Shown here one piece after another: positions 38,870 to 53,500 of a stretch of DNA of 64,000 nucleotides. Position 1 is the stretch's first letter. Each line of letters begins with the position of its first letter. Both the position numbers and the translations under genes were made by a program. A model generated the notes under the pieces. The model was not told the origin of the DNA. It saw nothing but the letters and a program-made list of their open reading frames with translations, and did not search any database. Source of the stretch: the human T2T-CHM13v2.0 reference genome, Homo sapiens; the NCBI RefSeq assembly GCF_009914755.1, contig NC_060941.1; one strand, given 5' to 3'.

Positions 38870-41800
38870 GAATTCGTTGGAAACGGGATAATTTCAGCTG
38901 ACTAAACAGAAGCAGTCTCAGAATCTTCTTTGTGATGTTTGCATTCAAATCCCAGAGTTGAACTTTCCTTTCAAAGTTCACGTTTGAAACACTCTTTTTG
39001 CAGGATCTACAAGTGGATATTTGGACCACTCTGTGTCCTTCGTTCGAAACGGGTATATCTTCACATGACATCTAGACAGAAGCATTCTCAGAAGCTTCTC
39101 TGTGATGACTGCATTCAACTCACGGAGTTGAACACTCCTTTTGAGAGCGCAGTTTTGAAACTCTCTTTCTGTGGCATCTGCAAGGGGACATGTAGACCTC
39201 TTTGAAGATTTCGTTGGAAACGGAATCATCTTCACATAAAAACTATACAGATGCATTCTCAGGAACTTTTTGGTGATGTTTGTATTCAACTCCCAGAGTT
39301 GAACTTTCCTTTGGAAAGAGCAGCTATGAAACACTCTTTTTCTAGAATCTGCAAGTGGACGTTTGGAGGGCTTTGTGGTTTGTGGTGGAAAAGGAAATAT
39401 CTTCACCTAAATACTAGATAGAAGCATTCTCAGAAACTGCTTTGTGATGATTGCATTCACCTCACAGAGTTGAACATTCCTATTGATAGAGCAGTTTGGA
39501 AACACTCCTGTTGTGGAATGTGCAAGTGGAGATTTGGAGCGCTTTGAGGCCTATGGTAGTAAAGGGAATAGCTTCATAGAAAAACTAGACAGAAGCATTC
39601 TCAGAAAATACTTTGTGATGATTGAGTTGAACTCACAGAGCTGAACATTCCTTTGGATGGAGCAGGTTTGAGACACACTTTTTGTAGAATCTACAAGTGG
39701 ATATTTGGACCTCTCTGAGGATTTCGTTGGAAACGGGATAACTGCACCTAACTAAACGGAAGCATTCTCAGAAACTTCTTGGTGATGTTTGCATTCAAAT
39801 CCCAGAGTTGAACATTCCTTTGACAGTTCAGGTTTGAAACACTCTTTTTGTAGGATCTGCAAGTGGATATTTGGACCACTCTGTGGCCTTCGTTCGAAAC
39901 GGGTACATCTTCGCATAAAATCTAGACAGAAGCCTTCTCAGAAACTTCTCTGTGATGATTGCATTCAACTCACAGAGTTGAACCCTCCTATGGATAGAGC
40001 AGTGTTGAAACTCTCTTTTTGTGGAATCTGCAAGTGGATATGTGGACCTCTCCGAAGATGTCTTTGGAAACGGGAATATCTTCACATAAAAACTAAACAG
40101 AAGCATTCTCAGAGACTTCTCTGTGATGTTTGTGTTCAACTCCCAGAGTTTCACATTGCTTTTCATAGAGTAGTTCTGAAACATGCTTTTCGTAGTGTCT
40201 GCAAGTGGACATTTGGAGCGCTTTCAGGCCTGTGGTGGAAAACGAATTATGGTCACATAAAAACTGGAGAGAAGCATTGTCAGAAACTTCTTTGTGATGA
40301 TTGCATTCAACTCACAGAGTTGAAGGTTCCTTTTCAAACAGCAGTTTCCAATCACTCTTTCTGTGGAATCTGCAAGTGGATGTTTGGACCTCTTGGAAGA
40401 TTTCGTTGGAAACAGGAGAATCTTCACAGAAAAGCTAAACAAAAGCATTCTCAGAAACTTCTTTGTGATGCTTGCATTCAACTCACAGAGTTGAACTTTC
40501 CTTTCGAGAGAGAAGCTTGGAAACACTCTTTTTCCAGAATCTGCAAGTGGACATTTGGAGGGCTTTGAGGCCTGTGGTGGAAAAGGAATTATCTTCCCAT
40601 AAAAGCTAGATAGAAGCATTCTCAGAAACTACTTTGTGATGATTGCATTCAAGTCACAGAGCTGAACATTCCCTTTGACAGAGCCGTTTGGAAACTCTCT
40701 TTGTGTAGAATCTGCAAGTGGAGATATGGAATGCTTTGAGGACTATGGTAGTAAAGGAAATAGCTTCATATAAAAGCTAGACAGTAGCATTCACAGAAAA
40801 CTCTTGGTGACGACTGAGTTTAACTCACAGAGGTGAACATTCCTTTGGATGGAGCAGTTTCGAAACACACTATTTGTAGAATCTGCAAGTGGATATTTGG
40901 GCCTCTCTGAGGATTTCGATGGAAACGGGATAAACCGCACAGAACTAAAACAGAAGCATTCTCAGAACCCTCTTCGTGATGTTTGCATTCAACTCACAGT
41001 GCTGAAACTTTCTTTGATAGTTCAGCTTTGAAACACTCTTTTTGTAGAAACTGCAAGTGGATACTTGGTCCTCTCTGAGGATTTCGTTGGAAAAGGGGTA
41101 AACCGCACAGAACTAAACAGAAGCATTCTCAGAACCTTCTTCGTGATGTCTGCATTCAACTCACAGTGTGGAACCTTTCTTTGATAGTTCAGGTTTGAAA
41201 CACTCTTTTTGTAGAGACTGCAAGGGGATAATTGCACTTCTTTGAGGCCTACCGTAGTAAAGGAAATAACTTCCTATAAAAAGAAGACAGAAGCTTTCTC
41301 AGAAAATTCTTTGGGATGATTGAGTTGAACTCACAGATCTGAACATTCCTTGCGATGGAGCAGTTTAGAAACACACTTTCTGCAGAATCTGCAAGTGCAT
41401 ATTTGGACCTCTCTGAGGAATTCGTTGGAAACGGGATAATTTCAGCTGACTAAACAGAAGCAGTCTCAGAATCTTCTTTGTGATGTTTGCATTCAAATCC
41501 CAGAGTTGAACTTTCCTTTCAAAGTTCACGTTTGAAACACTCTTTTTGCAGGATCTACAAGTGGATATTTGGACCACTCTGTGTCCTTCGTTCGAAACGG
41601 GTATATCTTCACATGACATCTAGACAGAAGCATTCTCAGAAGCTTCTCTGTGATGACTGCATTCAACTCACGGAGTTGAACACTCCTTTTGAGAGCGCAG
41701 TTTTGAAACTCTCTTTCTGTGGCATCTGCAAGGGGACATGTAGACCTCTTTGAAGATTTCGTTGGAAACGGAATCATCTTCACATAAAAACTATACAGAT

Positions 41801-44800
41801 GCATTCTCAGGAACTTTTTGGTGATGTTTGTATTCAACTCCCAGAGTTGAACTTTCCTTTGGAAAGAGCAGCTATGAAACACTCTTTTTCTAGAATCTGC
41901 AAGTGGACGTTTGCAGGGCTTTGTGGTTTGTGGTGGAAAAGGAAATATCTTCACCTAAATACTAGATAGAAGCATTCTCAGAAACTGCTTTGTGATGATT
42001 GCATTCACCTCACAGAGTTGAACATTCCTATTGATAGAGCAGTTTGGAAACACTCCTGTTGTGGAATGTGCAAGTGGAGATTTGGAGCGCTTTGAGGCCT
42101 ATGGTAGTAAAGGGAATAACTTCATAGAAAAACTAGACAGAAGCATTCTCAGAAAATACTTTGTGATGATTGAGTTTAACTCACAGAGCTGAACATTCCT
42201 TTGGATGGAGCAGGTTTGAGACACACTTTTTGTAGAATCTACAAGTGGATATTTCGACCTTTCTGAGGATTTCGTTGGAAACGGGTTAACTGCACCTAAC
42301 TAAACGGAAGCATTCTCAGAAACTTCTTGGTGATGTTTGCATTCAAATCCCAGAGTTGAACCTTCCTTTGATAGTTCAGGTTTGAAACACTCTTTTTGTA
42401 GGATCTGCAAGTGGATATTTGGACCACTCTGTGGCCTTCGTTCGAAACGGGTACATCTTCGCAAAAAATCTAGACAGAAGCCTTCTCAGAAACTTCTCTG
42501 TGATGATTGCATTCAACTCACAGAGTTGAACCCTCCTATGGATAGAGCAGTGTTGAAACTCTCTTTTTGTGGAATCAGCAAGTGGATATGTGGACCTCTC
42601 CGAAGATGTCTTTGGAAACGGGAATATCTTCACATAAAAACTAAACAGAAGCTTTCTCAGAAACTTCTCTGTGACGTTTGTGTTCAACTCCCAGAGTTTC
42701 ACATTGCTTTTCATAGAGTAGTTCTGAAACATGCTTTTCGTACTGTCTGCAAGTGGAGGTTTGGAGCGCTTTCAGACCTGTGGTGGAAAACGAATTATGG
42801 TCAAATAAAAACTGGAGAGAAGCATTGTCAGAAACTTCTTTGTGATGATTGCATTCAACTCACAGAGTTGAAGGTTCCTTTTCAAACAGCAGTTTCCAAA
42901 CACCCTTTCTGTGGAATCTGCAAGTGGATGTTTGGACCTCTTGGAAGATTTCGTTGGAAACGGGAGAATCTTCACAGAAAAGCTAAACAGAAGCATTCTC
43001 AGAAACTTCTTTGTGATGCTTGCATTCAACTCAGAGAGTTGAACTTTCCTTTCGAGAGAGAAGCTTTGAAACACTCTTTTTCCAGAATCTGCAAGTGGAC
43101 ATTTGGAGGGCTTTGAGGCCTGTGGTGGAAAAGGAATTATCTTCCCGTAAAAGCTAGATAGAAGCATTCTCAGAAACTACTTTGTGATGATTGCATTCAA
43201 GTCACAGAGCTGAACATTCCCTTTGACAGAGCAGTTTGGAAACTCTCTTTGTGTAGAATCTGCAAGTGGAGATATGGAATGCTTTGAGGACTATGGTAGT
43301 AAAGGAAATAGCTTCATATAAAAGCTAGACAGTAGCATTCACAGAAAACTCTTGGTGACGACTGAGTTTAACTCACAGAGCTGAACATTCCTTTGGATGG
43401 AGCAGTTTCGAAACACACTATTTGTAGAATCTGCAAGTGGATATTTGGGCCTCTCTGAGGATTTCGATGGAAACGGGATAAACCGCACAGAACTAAAACA
43501 GAAGCATTCTCAGAACCCTCTTCGTGATGTTTGCATTCAACTCACAGTGCTGAAACTTTCTTTGATAGTTCAGCTTTGAAACACTCTTTTTGTAGAAACT
43601 GCAAGTGGATACTTGGTCCTCTCTGAGGATTTCGTTGGAAAAGGGATAAACCGCACAGAACTAAACAGAAGCATTCTCAGAACCTTCTTCGTGATGTCTG
43701 CATTCAACTCACAGTGTGGAACCTTTCTTTGATAGTTCAGGTTTGAAACACTCTTTTTGTAGAAACTGCAAGGGGATAATTGCACTTCTTTGAGGCCTAC
43801 CATAGTAAAGGAAATAACTTCCTATAAAAAGAAGACAGAAGCTTTCTCAGAAAATTCTTTGGGATGATTGAGTTGAACTCACAGAGCTGAACATTCCTTG
43901 CGATGGAGCAGTTTAGAAACACACTTTCTGCAGAATCTGCAAGTGCATATTTGGACCTCTCTGAGGAATTCGTTGGAAACGGGATAATTTCAGCTGACTA
44001 AACAGAAGCAGTCTCAGAATCTTCTTTGTGATGTTTGCATTCAAATCCCAGAGTTGAACTTTCCTTTCAAAGTTCACGTTTGAAACACTCTTTTTGCAGG
44101 ATCTACAAGTGGATATTTGGACCACTCTGTGTCCTTCGTTCGAAACGGGTATATCTTCACATGACATCTAGACGGAAGCATTCTCAGAAGCTTCTCTGTG
44201 ATGACTGCATTCAACTCACGGAGTTGAACACTCCTTTTGAGAGCGCAGTTTTGAAACTCTCTTTCTGTGGCATCTGCAAGGGGACATGTAGACCTCTTTG
44301 AAGATTTCGTTGGAAACGGAATCATCTTCACATAAAAACTATACAGATGCATTCTCAGGAACTTTTTGGTGATGTTTGTATTCAACTCCCAGAGTTGAAC
44401 TTTCCTTTGGAAAGAGCAGCTATGAAACACTCTTTTTCTAGAATCTGCAAGTGGACGTTTGCAGGGCTTTGTGGTTTGTGGTGGAAAAGGAAATATCTTC
44501 ACCTAAATACTAGATAGAAGCATTCTCAGAAACTGCTTTGTGATGATTGCATTCACCTCACAGAGTTGAACATTCCTATTGATAGAGCAGTTTGGAAACA
44601 CTCCTGTTGTGGAATGTGCAAGTGGAGATTTGGAGCGCTTTGAGGCCTATGGTAGTAAAGGGAATAACTTCATAGAAAAACTAGACAGAAGCATTCTCAG
44701 AAAATACTTTGTGATGATTGAGTTTAACTCACAGAGCTGAAAATTCCTTTGGATGGAGCAGGTTTGAGACACACTTTTTGTAGAATCTACAAGTGGATAT

Positions 44801-47800
44801 TTCGACCTTTCTGAGGATTTCGTTGGAAACGGGTTAACTGCACCTAACTAAACGGAAGCATTCTCAGAAACTTCTTGGTGATGTTTGCATTCAAATCCCA
44901 GAGTTGAACCTTCCTTTGATAGTTCAGGTTTGAAACACTCTTTTTGTAGGATCTGCAAGTGGATATTTGGACCACTCTGTGGCCTTCGTTCGAAACGGGT
45001 ACATCTTCGCAAAAAATCTAGACAGAAGCCTTCTCAGAAACTTCTCTGTGATGATTGCATTCAACTCACAGAGTTGAACCCTCCTATGGATAGAGCAGTG
45101 TTGAAACTCTCTTTTTGTGGAATCAGCAAGTGGATATGTGGACCTCTCCGAAGATGTCTTTGGAAACGGGAATATCTTCACATAAAAACTAAACAGAAGC
45201 TTTCTCAGAAACTTCTCTGTGACGTTTGTGTTCAACTCCCAGAGTTTCACATTGCTTTTCATAGAGTAGTTCTGAAACATGCTTTTCGTACTGTCTGCAA
45301 GTGGAGGTTTGGAGCGCTTTCAGACCTGTGGTGGAAAACGAATTATGGTCAAATAAAAACTGGAGAGAAGCATTGTCAGAAACTTCTTTGTGATGATTGC
45401 ATTCAACTCACAGAGTTGAAGGTTCCTTTTCAAACAGCAGTTTCCAAACACCCTTTCTGTGGAATCTGCAAGTGGATGTTTGGACCTCTTGGAAGATTTC
45501 GTTGGAAACGGGAGAATCTTCACAGAAAAGCTAAACAGAAGCATTCTCAGAAACTTCTTTGTGATGCTTGCATTCAACTCAGAGAGTTGAACTTTCCTTT
45601 CGAGAGAGAAGCTTTGAAACACTCTTTTTCCAGAATCTGCAAGTGGACATTTGGAGGGCTTTGAGGCCTGTGGTGGAAAAGGAATTATCTTCCCGTAAAA
45701 GCTAGATAGAAGCATTCTCAGAAACTACTTTGTGATGATTGCATTCAAGTCACAGAGCTGAACATTCCCTTTGACAGAGCAGTTTGGAAACTCTCTTTGT
45801 GTAGAATCTGCAAGTGGAGATATGGAATGCTTTGAGGACTATGGTAGTAAAGGAAATAGCTTCATATAAAAGCTAGACAGTAGCATTCACAGAAAACTCT
45901 TGGTGACGACTGAGTTTAACTCACAGAGCTGAACATTCCTTTGGATGGAGCAGTTTCGAAACACACTATTTGTAGAATCTGCAAGTGGATATTTGGGCCT
46001 CTCTGAGGATTTCGATGGAAACGGGATAAACCGCACAGAACTAAAACAGAAGCATTCTCAGAACCCTCTTCGTGATGTTTGCATTCAACTCACAGTGCTG
46101 AAACTTTCTTTGATAGTTCAGCTTTGAAACACTCTTTTTGTAGAAACTGCAAGTGGATACTTGGTCCTCTCTGAGGATTTCGTTGGAAAAGGGATAAACC
46201 GCACAGAACTAAACAGAAGCATTCTCAGAACCTTCTTCGTGATGTCTGCATTCAACTCACAGTGTGGAACCTTTCTTTGATAGTTCAGGTTTGAAACACT
46301 CTTTTTGTAGAAACTGCAAGGGGATAATTGCACTTCTTTGAGGCCTACCATAGTAAAGGAAATAACTTCCTATAAAAAGAAGACAGAAGCTTTCTCAGAA
46401 AATTCTTTGGGATGATTGAGTTGAACTCACAGAGCTGAACATTCCTTGCGATGGAGCAGTTTAGAAACACACTTTCTGCAGAATCTGCAAGTGCATATTT
46501 GGACCTCTCTGAGGAATTCGTTGGAAACGGGATAATTTCAGCTGACTAAACAGAAGCAGTCTCAGAATCTTCTTTGTGATGTTTGCATTCAAATCCCAGA
46601 GTTGAACTTTCCTTTCAAAGTTCACGTTTGAAACACTCTTTTTGCAGGATCTACAAGTGGATATTTGGACCACTCTGTGTCCTTCGTTCGAAACGGGTAT
46701 ATCTTCACATGACATCTAGACAGAAGCATTCTCAGAAGCTTCTCTGTGATGACTGCATTCAACTCACGGAGTTGAACACTCCTTTTGAGAGCGCAGTTTT
46801 GAAACTCTCTTTCTGTGGCATCTGCAAGGGGACATGTAGACCTCTCTGAAGATTTCGTTGGAAACGGAATCATCTTCACATCAAAACTATACAGATGCAT
46901 TCTCAGGAACTTTTTGGTGATGTTTGTATTCAACTCCCAGAGTTGAACTTTCCTTTGGAAAGAGCAGCTATGAAACACTCTTTTTCTAGAATCTGCAAGT
47001 GGACGTTTGGAGGGCTTTGTGGTTTGTGGTGGAAAAGGAAATATCTTCACCTAAATACTAGATAGAAGCATTCTCAGAAACTGCTTTGTGATGATTGCAT
47101 TCACCTGACAGAGTTGAACATTCCTATTGATAGAGCAGTTTGGAAACACTCCTGTTGTGGAATGTGCAAGTGGAGATTTGGAGCGCTTTGAGGCCTATGG
47201 TAGTAAAGGGAATAACTTCATAGAAAAACTAGACAGAAGCATTCTCAGAAAATACTTTGTGATGATTGAGTTTAACTCACAGAGCTGAACATTCCTTTGG
47301 ATGGAGCAGGTTTGAGACACACTTTTTGTAGAATCTACAAGTGGATATTTCGACCTCTCTGAGGATTTCGTTGGAAACGGGATAACTGCACCTAACTAAA
47401 CGGAAGCATTCTCAGAAACTTCTTGGTGATGTTTGCATTCAAATCCCAGAGTTGAACCTTCCTTTGATAGTTCAGGTTTGAAACACTCTTTTTGTAGGAT
47501 CTGCAAGTGGATATTTGGACCACTCTGTGGCCTTCGTTCGAAACGGGTACATCTTCGCAAAAAATCTAGACAGAAGCCTTCTCAGAAACTTCTCTGTGAT
47601 GATTGCATTCAACTCACAGAGTTGAACCCTCCTATGGATAGAGCAGTGTTGAAACTCTCTTTTTGTGGAATCAGCAAGTGGATATGTGGACCTCTCCGAA
47701 GATGTCTTTGGAAACGGGAATATCTTCACATAAAAACTAAACAGAAGCTTTCTCAGAAACTTCTCTGTGACGTTTGTGTTCAACTCCCAGAGTTTCACAT

Positions 47801-49061
47801 TGCTTTTCATAGAGTAGTTCTGAAACATGCTTTTCGTACTGTCTGCAAGTGGAGGTTTGGAGCGCTTTCAGACCTGCGGTGGAAAACGAATTATGGTCAA
47901 ATAAAAACTGGAGAGAAGCATTGTCAGAAACTTCTTTGTGATGATTGCATTCAACTCACAGAGTTGAAGGTTCCTTTTCAAACAGCAGTTTCCAAACACC
48001 CTTTCTGTGGAATCTGCAAGTGGATGTTTGGACCTCTTGGAAGATTTCGTTGGAAACGGGAGAATCTTCACAGAAAAGCTAAACAGAAGCATTCTCAGAA
48101 ACTTCTTTGTGATGCTTGCATTCAACTCAGAGAGTTGAACTTTCCTTTCGAGAGAGAAGCTTTGAAACACTCTTTTTCCAGAATCTGCAAGTGGACATTT
48201 GGAGGGCTTTGAGGCCTGTGGTGGAAAAGGAATTATCTTCCCGTAAAAGCTAGATAGAAGCATTCTCAGAAACTAGTTTGTGATGATTGCATTCAAGTCA
48301 CAGAGCTGAACATTCCCTTTGACAGAGCAGTTTGGAAACTCTCTTTGTGTAGAATCTGCAAGTGGAGATATGGAATGCTTTGAGGACTATGGTAGTAAAG
48401 GAAATAGCTTCATATAAAAGCTAGACAGTAGCATTCACAGAAAACTCTTGGTGACGACTGAGTTTAACTCACAGAGCTGAACATTCCTTTGGATGGAGCA
48501 GTTTCGAAACACACTATTTGTAGAATCTGCAAGTGGATATTTGGGCCTCTCTGAGGATTTCGATGGAAACGGGATAAACCGCACAGAACTAAAACAGAAG
48601 CATTCTCAGAACCCTCTTCGTGATGTTTGCATTCAACTCACAGTGCTGAAACTTTCTTTGATAGTTCAGCTTTGAAACACTCTTTTTGTAGAAACTGCAA
48701 GTGGATACTTGGTCCTCTCTGAGGATTTCGTTGGAAAAGGGATAAACCGCACAGAACTAAACAGAAGCATTCTCAGAACCTTCTTCGTGATGTCTCCATT
48801 CAACTCACAGTGTGGAACCTTTCTTTGATAGTTCAGGTTTGAAACACTCTTTTTGTAGAAACTGCAAGGGGATAATTGCACTTCTTTGAGGCCTACCATA
48901 GTAAAGGAAATAACTTCCTATAAAAAGAAGACAGAAGCTTTCTCAGAAAATTCTTTGGGATGATTGAGTTGAACTCACAGAGCTGAACATTCCTTGCGAT
49001 GGAGCAGTTTAGAAACACACTTTCTGCAGAATCTGCAAGTGCATATTTGGACCTCTCTGAG
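38870..49061 (+). repeat. Four 2548-bp 15-mer HOR units (right-hand haplotype)
   Basis: EcoRI at 38870, 41418, 43966, 46514 and 49062. Confidence 0.93.
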
Positions 49062-50590
49062 GAATTCGTTGGAAACGGGATAATTTCAGCTGACTAAACA
49101 GAAGCAGTCTCAGAATCTTCTTTGTGATGTTTGCATTCAAATCCCAGAGTTGAACTTTCCTTTCAAAGTTCACGTTTGAAACACTCTTTTTGCAGGATCT
49201 ACAAGTGGATATTTGGACCACTCTGTGTCCTTCGTTCGAAACGGGTATATCTTCACATGACATCTAGACAGAAGCATTCTCAGAAGCTTCTCTGTGATGA
49301 CTGCATTCAACTCACGGAGTTGAACACTCCTTTTGAGAGCGCAGTTTTGAAACTCTCTTTCTGTGGCATCTGCAAGGGGACATGTAGACCTCTTTGAAGA
49401 TTTCGTTGGAAACGGAATCATCTTCACATAAAAACTATACAGAAGCATTCTCAGGAACTTTTTGGTGATGTTTGTATTCAACTCCCAGAGTTGAACTTTC
49501 CTTTGGAAAGAGCAGCTATGAAACACTCTTTTTCTAGAATCTGCAAGTGGACGTTTGGAGGGCTTTGTGGTTTGTGGTGGAAAAGGAAATATCTTCACCT
49601 AAATACTACATAGAAGCATTCTCAGAAACTGCTTTGTGATGATTGCATTCACCTCATAGAGTTGAACATTCCTATTGATAGAGGAGTTTGGAAACACTCC
49701 TGTTGTGGAATGTGCAAGTGGAGATTTGGAGCGCTTTGAGGCCTATGGTAGTAAAGGGAATAACTTCATAGAAAAACTAGACAGAAGCATTCTCAGAAAA
49801 TACTTTGTGATGATTGAGTTTAACTCACAGAGCTGAACATTCCTTTGGATGGAGCAGGTTTGAGACACACTTTTTATAGAATCTACAAGTGGATATTTGG
49901 ACCTCTCTGAGGATTTCGTTGGAAACGGGATAACTGCACCTAACTAAACGGAAGCATTCTCAGAAACTTCTTGGTGATGTTTGCATTCAAATCCCAGAGT
50001 TGAACATTCCTTTGACAGTTCAGGTTTGAAACACTCTTTTTGTAGTTTCTGCAAGTGGATATTTGGACCACTCTGTGGCCTTCGTTCGAAACGGGTACAT
50101 CTTCGCATAAAATCTAGACAGAAGCCTTCTCAGAAACTTCTCTGTGATGATTGCATTCAACTCACAGAGTTGAACACTCCTATGGATAGAGCAGTGTTGA
50201 AACTCTCTTTTTGTGAAATCTGCAAGTGGATATGTGGACCTCTCCGAAGATGTCTTTGGAAACGGGAATATCTTCACATAAAAGCTAAACAGAAGCATTC
50301 TCAGAACCTTCTCTGTGATGTTTGTGTTCAACTCCCAGAGTTTCACATTGCTTTTCATAGAGTAGTTCTGAAACATGCTTTTCGTAGTGTCTGCAAGTGG
50401 ACATTTGGAGCGCTTTCAGGCCTGTGGTGGAAAACGAATTATGGTCACATAAAAACTGGAGAGAAGCATTGTCAGAAACTTCTTTGTGATGATTGCATTC
50501 AACTCACAGAGTTGAAGGTTCCTTTTCAAACAGCAGTTTCCAAACACCCTTTCTGTGGAATCTGCAAGTGCATATTTGGACCTCTCTGAG
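49062..50590 (+). repeat. 9-mer HOR variant (1529 bp)
   Basis: EcoRI at 49062 and 50591. B''/E''' hybrid monomer with junction at 50558-50570. Confidence 0.92.
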
Positions 50591-53500
50591 GAATTCGTTG
50601 GAAACGGGATAATTTCAGCTGACTAAACAGAAGCAGTCTCAGAATCTTCTTTGTGATGTTTGCATTCAAATCCCAGAGTTGAACTTTCCTTTCAAAGTTC
50701 ACGTTTGAAACACTCTTTTTGCAGGATCTACAAGTGGATATTTGGACCACTCTGTGTCCTTCGTTCGAAACGGGTATATCTTCACATGACATCTAGACAG
50801 AAGCATTCTCAGAAGCTTCTCTGTGATGACTGCATTCAACTCACGGAGTTGAACACTCCTTTTGAGAGCGCAGTTTTGAAACTCTCTTTCTGTGGCATCT
50901 GCAAGGGGACATGTAGACCTCTTTGAAGATTTCATTGGAAACGGAATCATCTTCACATAAAAACTATACAGATGCATTCTCAGGAACTTTTTGGTGATGT
51001 TTGTATTCAACTCCCAGAGTTGAACTTTCCTTTGGAAAGAGCAGCTATGAAACACTCTTTTTCTAGAATCTGCAAGTGGACGTTTGGAGGGCTTTGTGGT
51101 TTGTGGTGGAAAAGGAAATATCTTCACCTAAATACTACATAGAAGCATTCTCAGAAACTGCTTTGTGATGATTGCATTCACCTCACAGAGTTGAACATTC
51201 CTATTGATAGAGGAGTTTGGAAACACTCCTGTTGTGGAATGTGCAAGTGGAGATTTGGAGCGCTTTGAGGCCTATGGTAGTAAAGGGAATAACTTCATAG
51301 AAAAACTAGACAGAAGCATTCTCAGAAAATACTTTGTGATGATTGAGTTTAACTCACAGAGCTGAACATTCCTTCGGATGGAGCAGGTTTGAGACACACT
51401 TTTTGTAGAATCTACAGGTGGATATTTGGACCTCTCTGAGGATTTCGTTGGAAACGGGATAACTGCACCTAACTAAACGGAAGCATTCTCAGAAACTTCT
51501 TGGTGATGTTTGCATTCAAATCCCAGAGTTGAACCTTCCTTTGATAGTTCAGGTTTGAAACACTCTTTTTGTAGGTTCTGCAAGTGGATATTTGGACCAC
51601 TCTGTGGCCTTCGTTCGAAACGGGTACATCTTCGCATAAAATCTAGACAGAAGCCTTCTCAGAAACTTCTCTGTGATGATTGCATTCAACTCACAGAGTT
51701 GAACACTCCTATGGATAGAGCAGTGTTGAAACTCTCTTTTTGTGGAATCTGCAAGTGGATATGTGGACCTCTCCGAAGATGTCTTTGGAAACGGGAATAT
51801 CTTCACATAAAAACTAAACAGAAGCATTCTCAGAACCTTCTCTGTGATGTTTGTGTTCAACTCCCAGAGTTTCACATTGCTTTTCATAGAGTAGTTCTGA
51901 AACATGCTTTTCGTAGTATCTGCACGTGGACATTTGGAGCGCTTTCAGGCCTGTGGTGGAAAACGAATTATGGTCACATAAAAACTGGAGAGAAGCATTG
52001 TCAGAAACTTCTTTGTGATGATTGCATTCAACTCACAGAGTTGAAGGTTCCTTTTCAAACAGCAGTTTCCAAACACCCTTTCTGTGGAATCTGCAAGTGG
52101 ATGTTTGGACCTCTTGGAAGATTTCGTTGGAAACGGGAGAATCTTCACAGAAAAGCTAAACAGAAGCATTCTCAGAAACTTCTTTGTGATGCTTGCATTC
52201 AACTCACAGAGTTGAACTTTCCTTTCGAGAGAGAAGCTTTGAAACACTCTTTTTCCAGAATCTGCAAGTGGACATTTGGAGGGCTTTGAGGCCTGTGGTG
52301 GAAAAGGAATTATCTTCCCGTAAAAGCTAGATAGAAGCATTCTCAGAAACTACTTTGTGATGATTGCATTCAAGTCACAGAGCTGAACATTCCCTTTGAC
52401 AGAGCAGTTTGGAAACTCTCTTTGTGTAGAATCTGCAAGTGGAGATATGGAATGCTTTGAGGACTATGGTAGTAAAGGAAATAGCTTCATATAAAAGCTA
52501 GACAGTAGCATTCACAGAAAACTCTTGGTGACGACTGAGTTTAACTCACAGAGCTGAACATTCCTTTGGATGGAGCAGTTTCGAAACACACTATTTGTAG
52601 AATATGCAAGTGGATATTTGGGCCTCTCTGAGGATTTCGATGGAAACGGGATAAACCGCACAGAACTAAAACAGAAGCATTCTCAGAACCCTCTTCGTGA
52701 TGTTTGCATTCAACTCACAGTGCTGAAACTTTCTTTGATAGTTCAGCTTTGAAACACTCTTTTTGTAGAAACTGCAAGTGGATACTTGGTCCTCTCTGAG
52801 GATTTCGTTGGAAAAGGGATAAACCGCACAGAACTAAACAGAAGCATTCTCAGAACCTTCTTCGTGATGTCTGCATTCAACTCACAGTGTGGAACCTTTC
52901 TTTGATAGTTCAGGTTTGAAACACTCTTTTTGTAGAGACTGCAAGGGGATAATTGCACTTCTTTGAGGCCTACCGTAGTAAAGGAAATAACTTCCTATAA
53001 AAAGAAGACAGAAGCTTTCTCAGAAAATTCTTTGGGATGATTGAGTTGAACTCACAGAGCTGAACATTCCTTGCGATGGAGCAGTTTAGAAACACACTTT
53101 CTGCAGAATCTGCAAGTGCATATTTGGACCTCTCTGAGGAATTCGTTGGAAACGGGATAATTTCAGCTGACTAAACAGAAGCAGTCTCAGAATCTTCTTT
53201 GTGATGTTTGCATTCAAATCCCAGAGTTGAACTTTCCTTTCAAAGTTCACGTTTGAAACACTCTTTTTGCAGGATCTACAAGTGGATATTTGGACCACTC
53301 TGTGTCCTTCGTTTGAAACGGGTATATCTTCACATGACATCTAGACAGAAGCATTCTCAGAAGCTTCTCTGTGATGACTGCATTCAACTCACGGAGTTGA
53401 ACACTCCTTTTGAGAGCGCAGTTTTGAAACTCTCTTTCTGTGGCATCTGCAAGGGGACATGTAGACCTCTTTGAAGATTTCGTTGGAAACGGAATCATCT

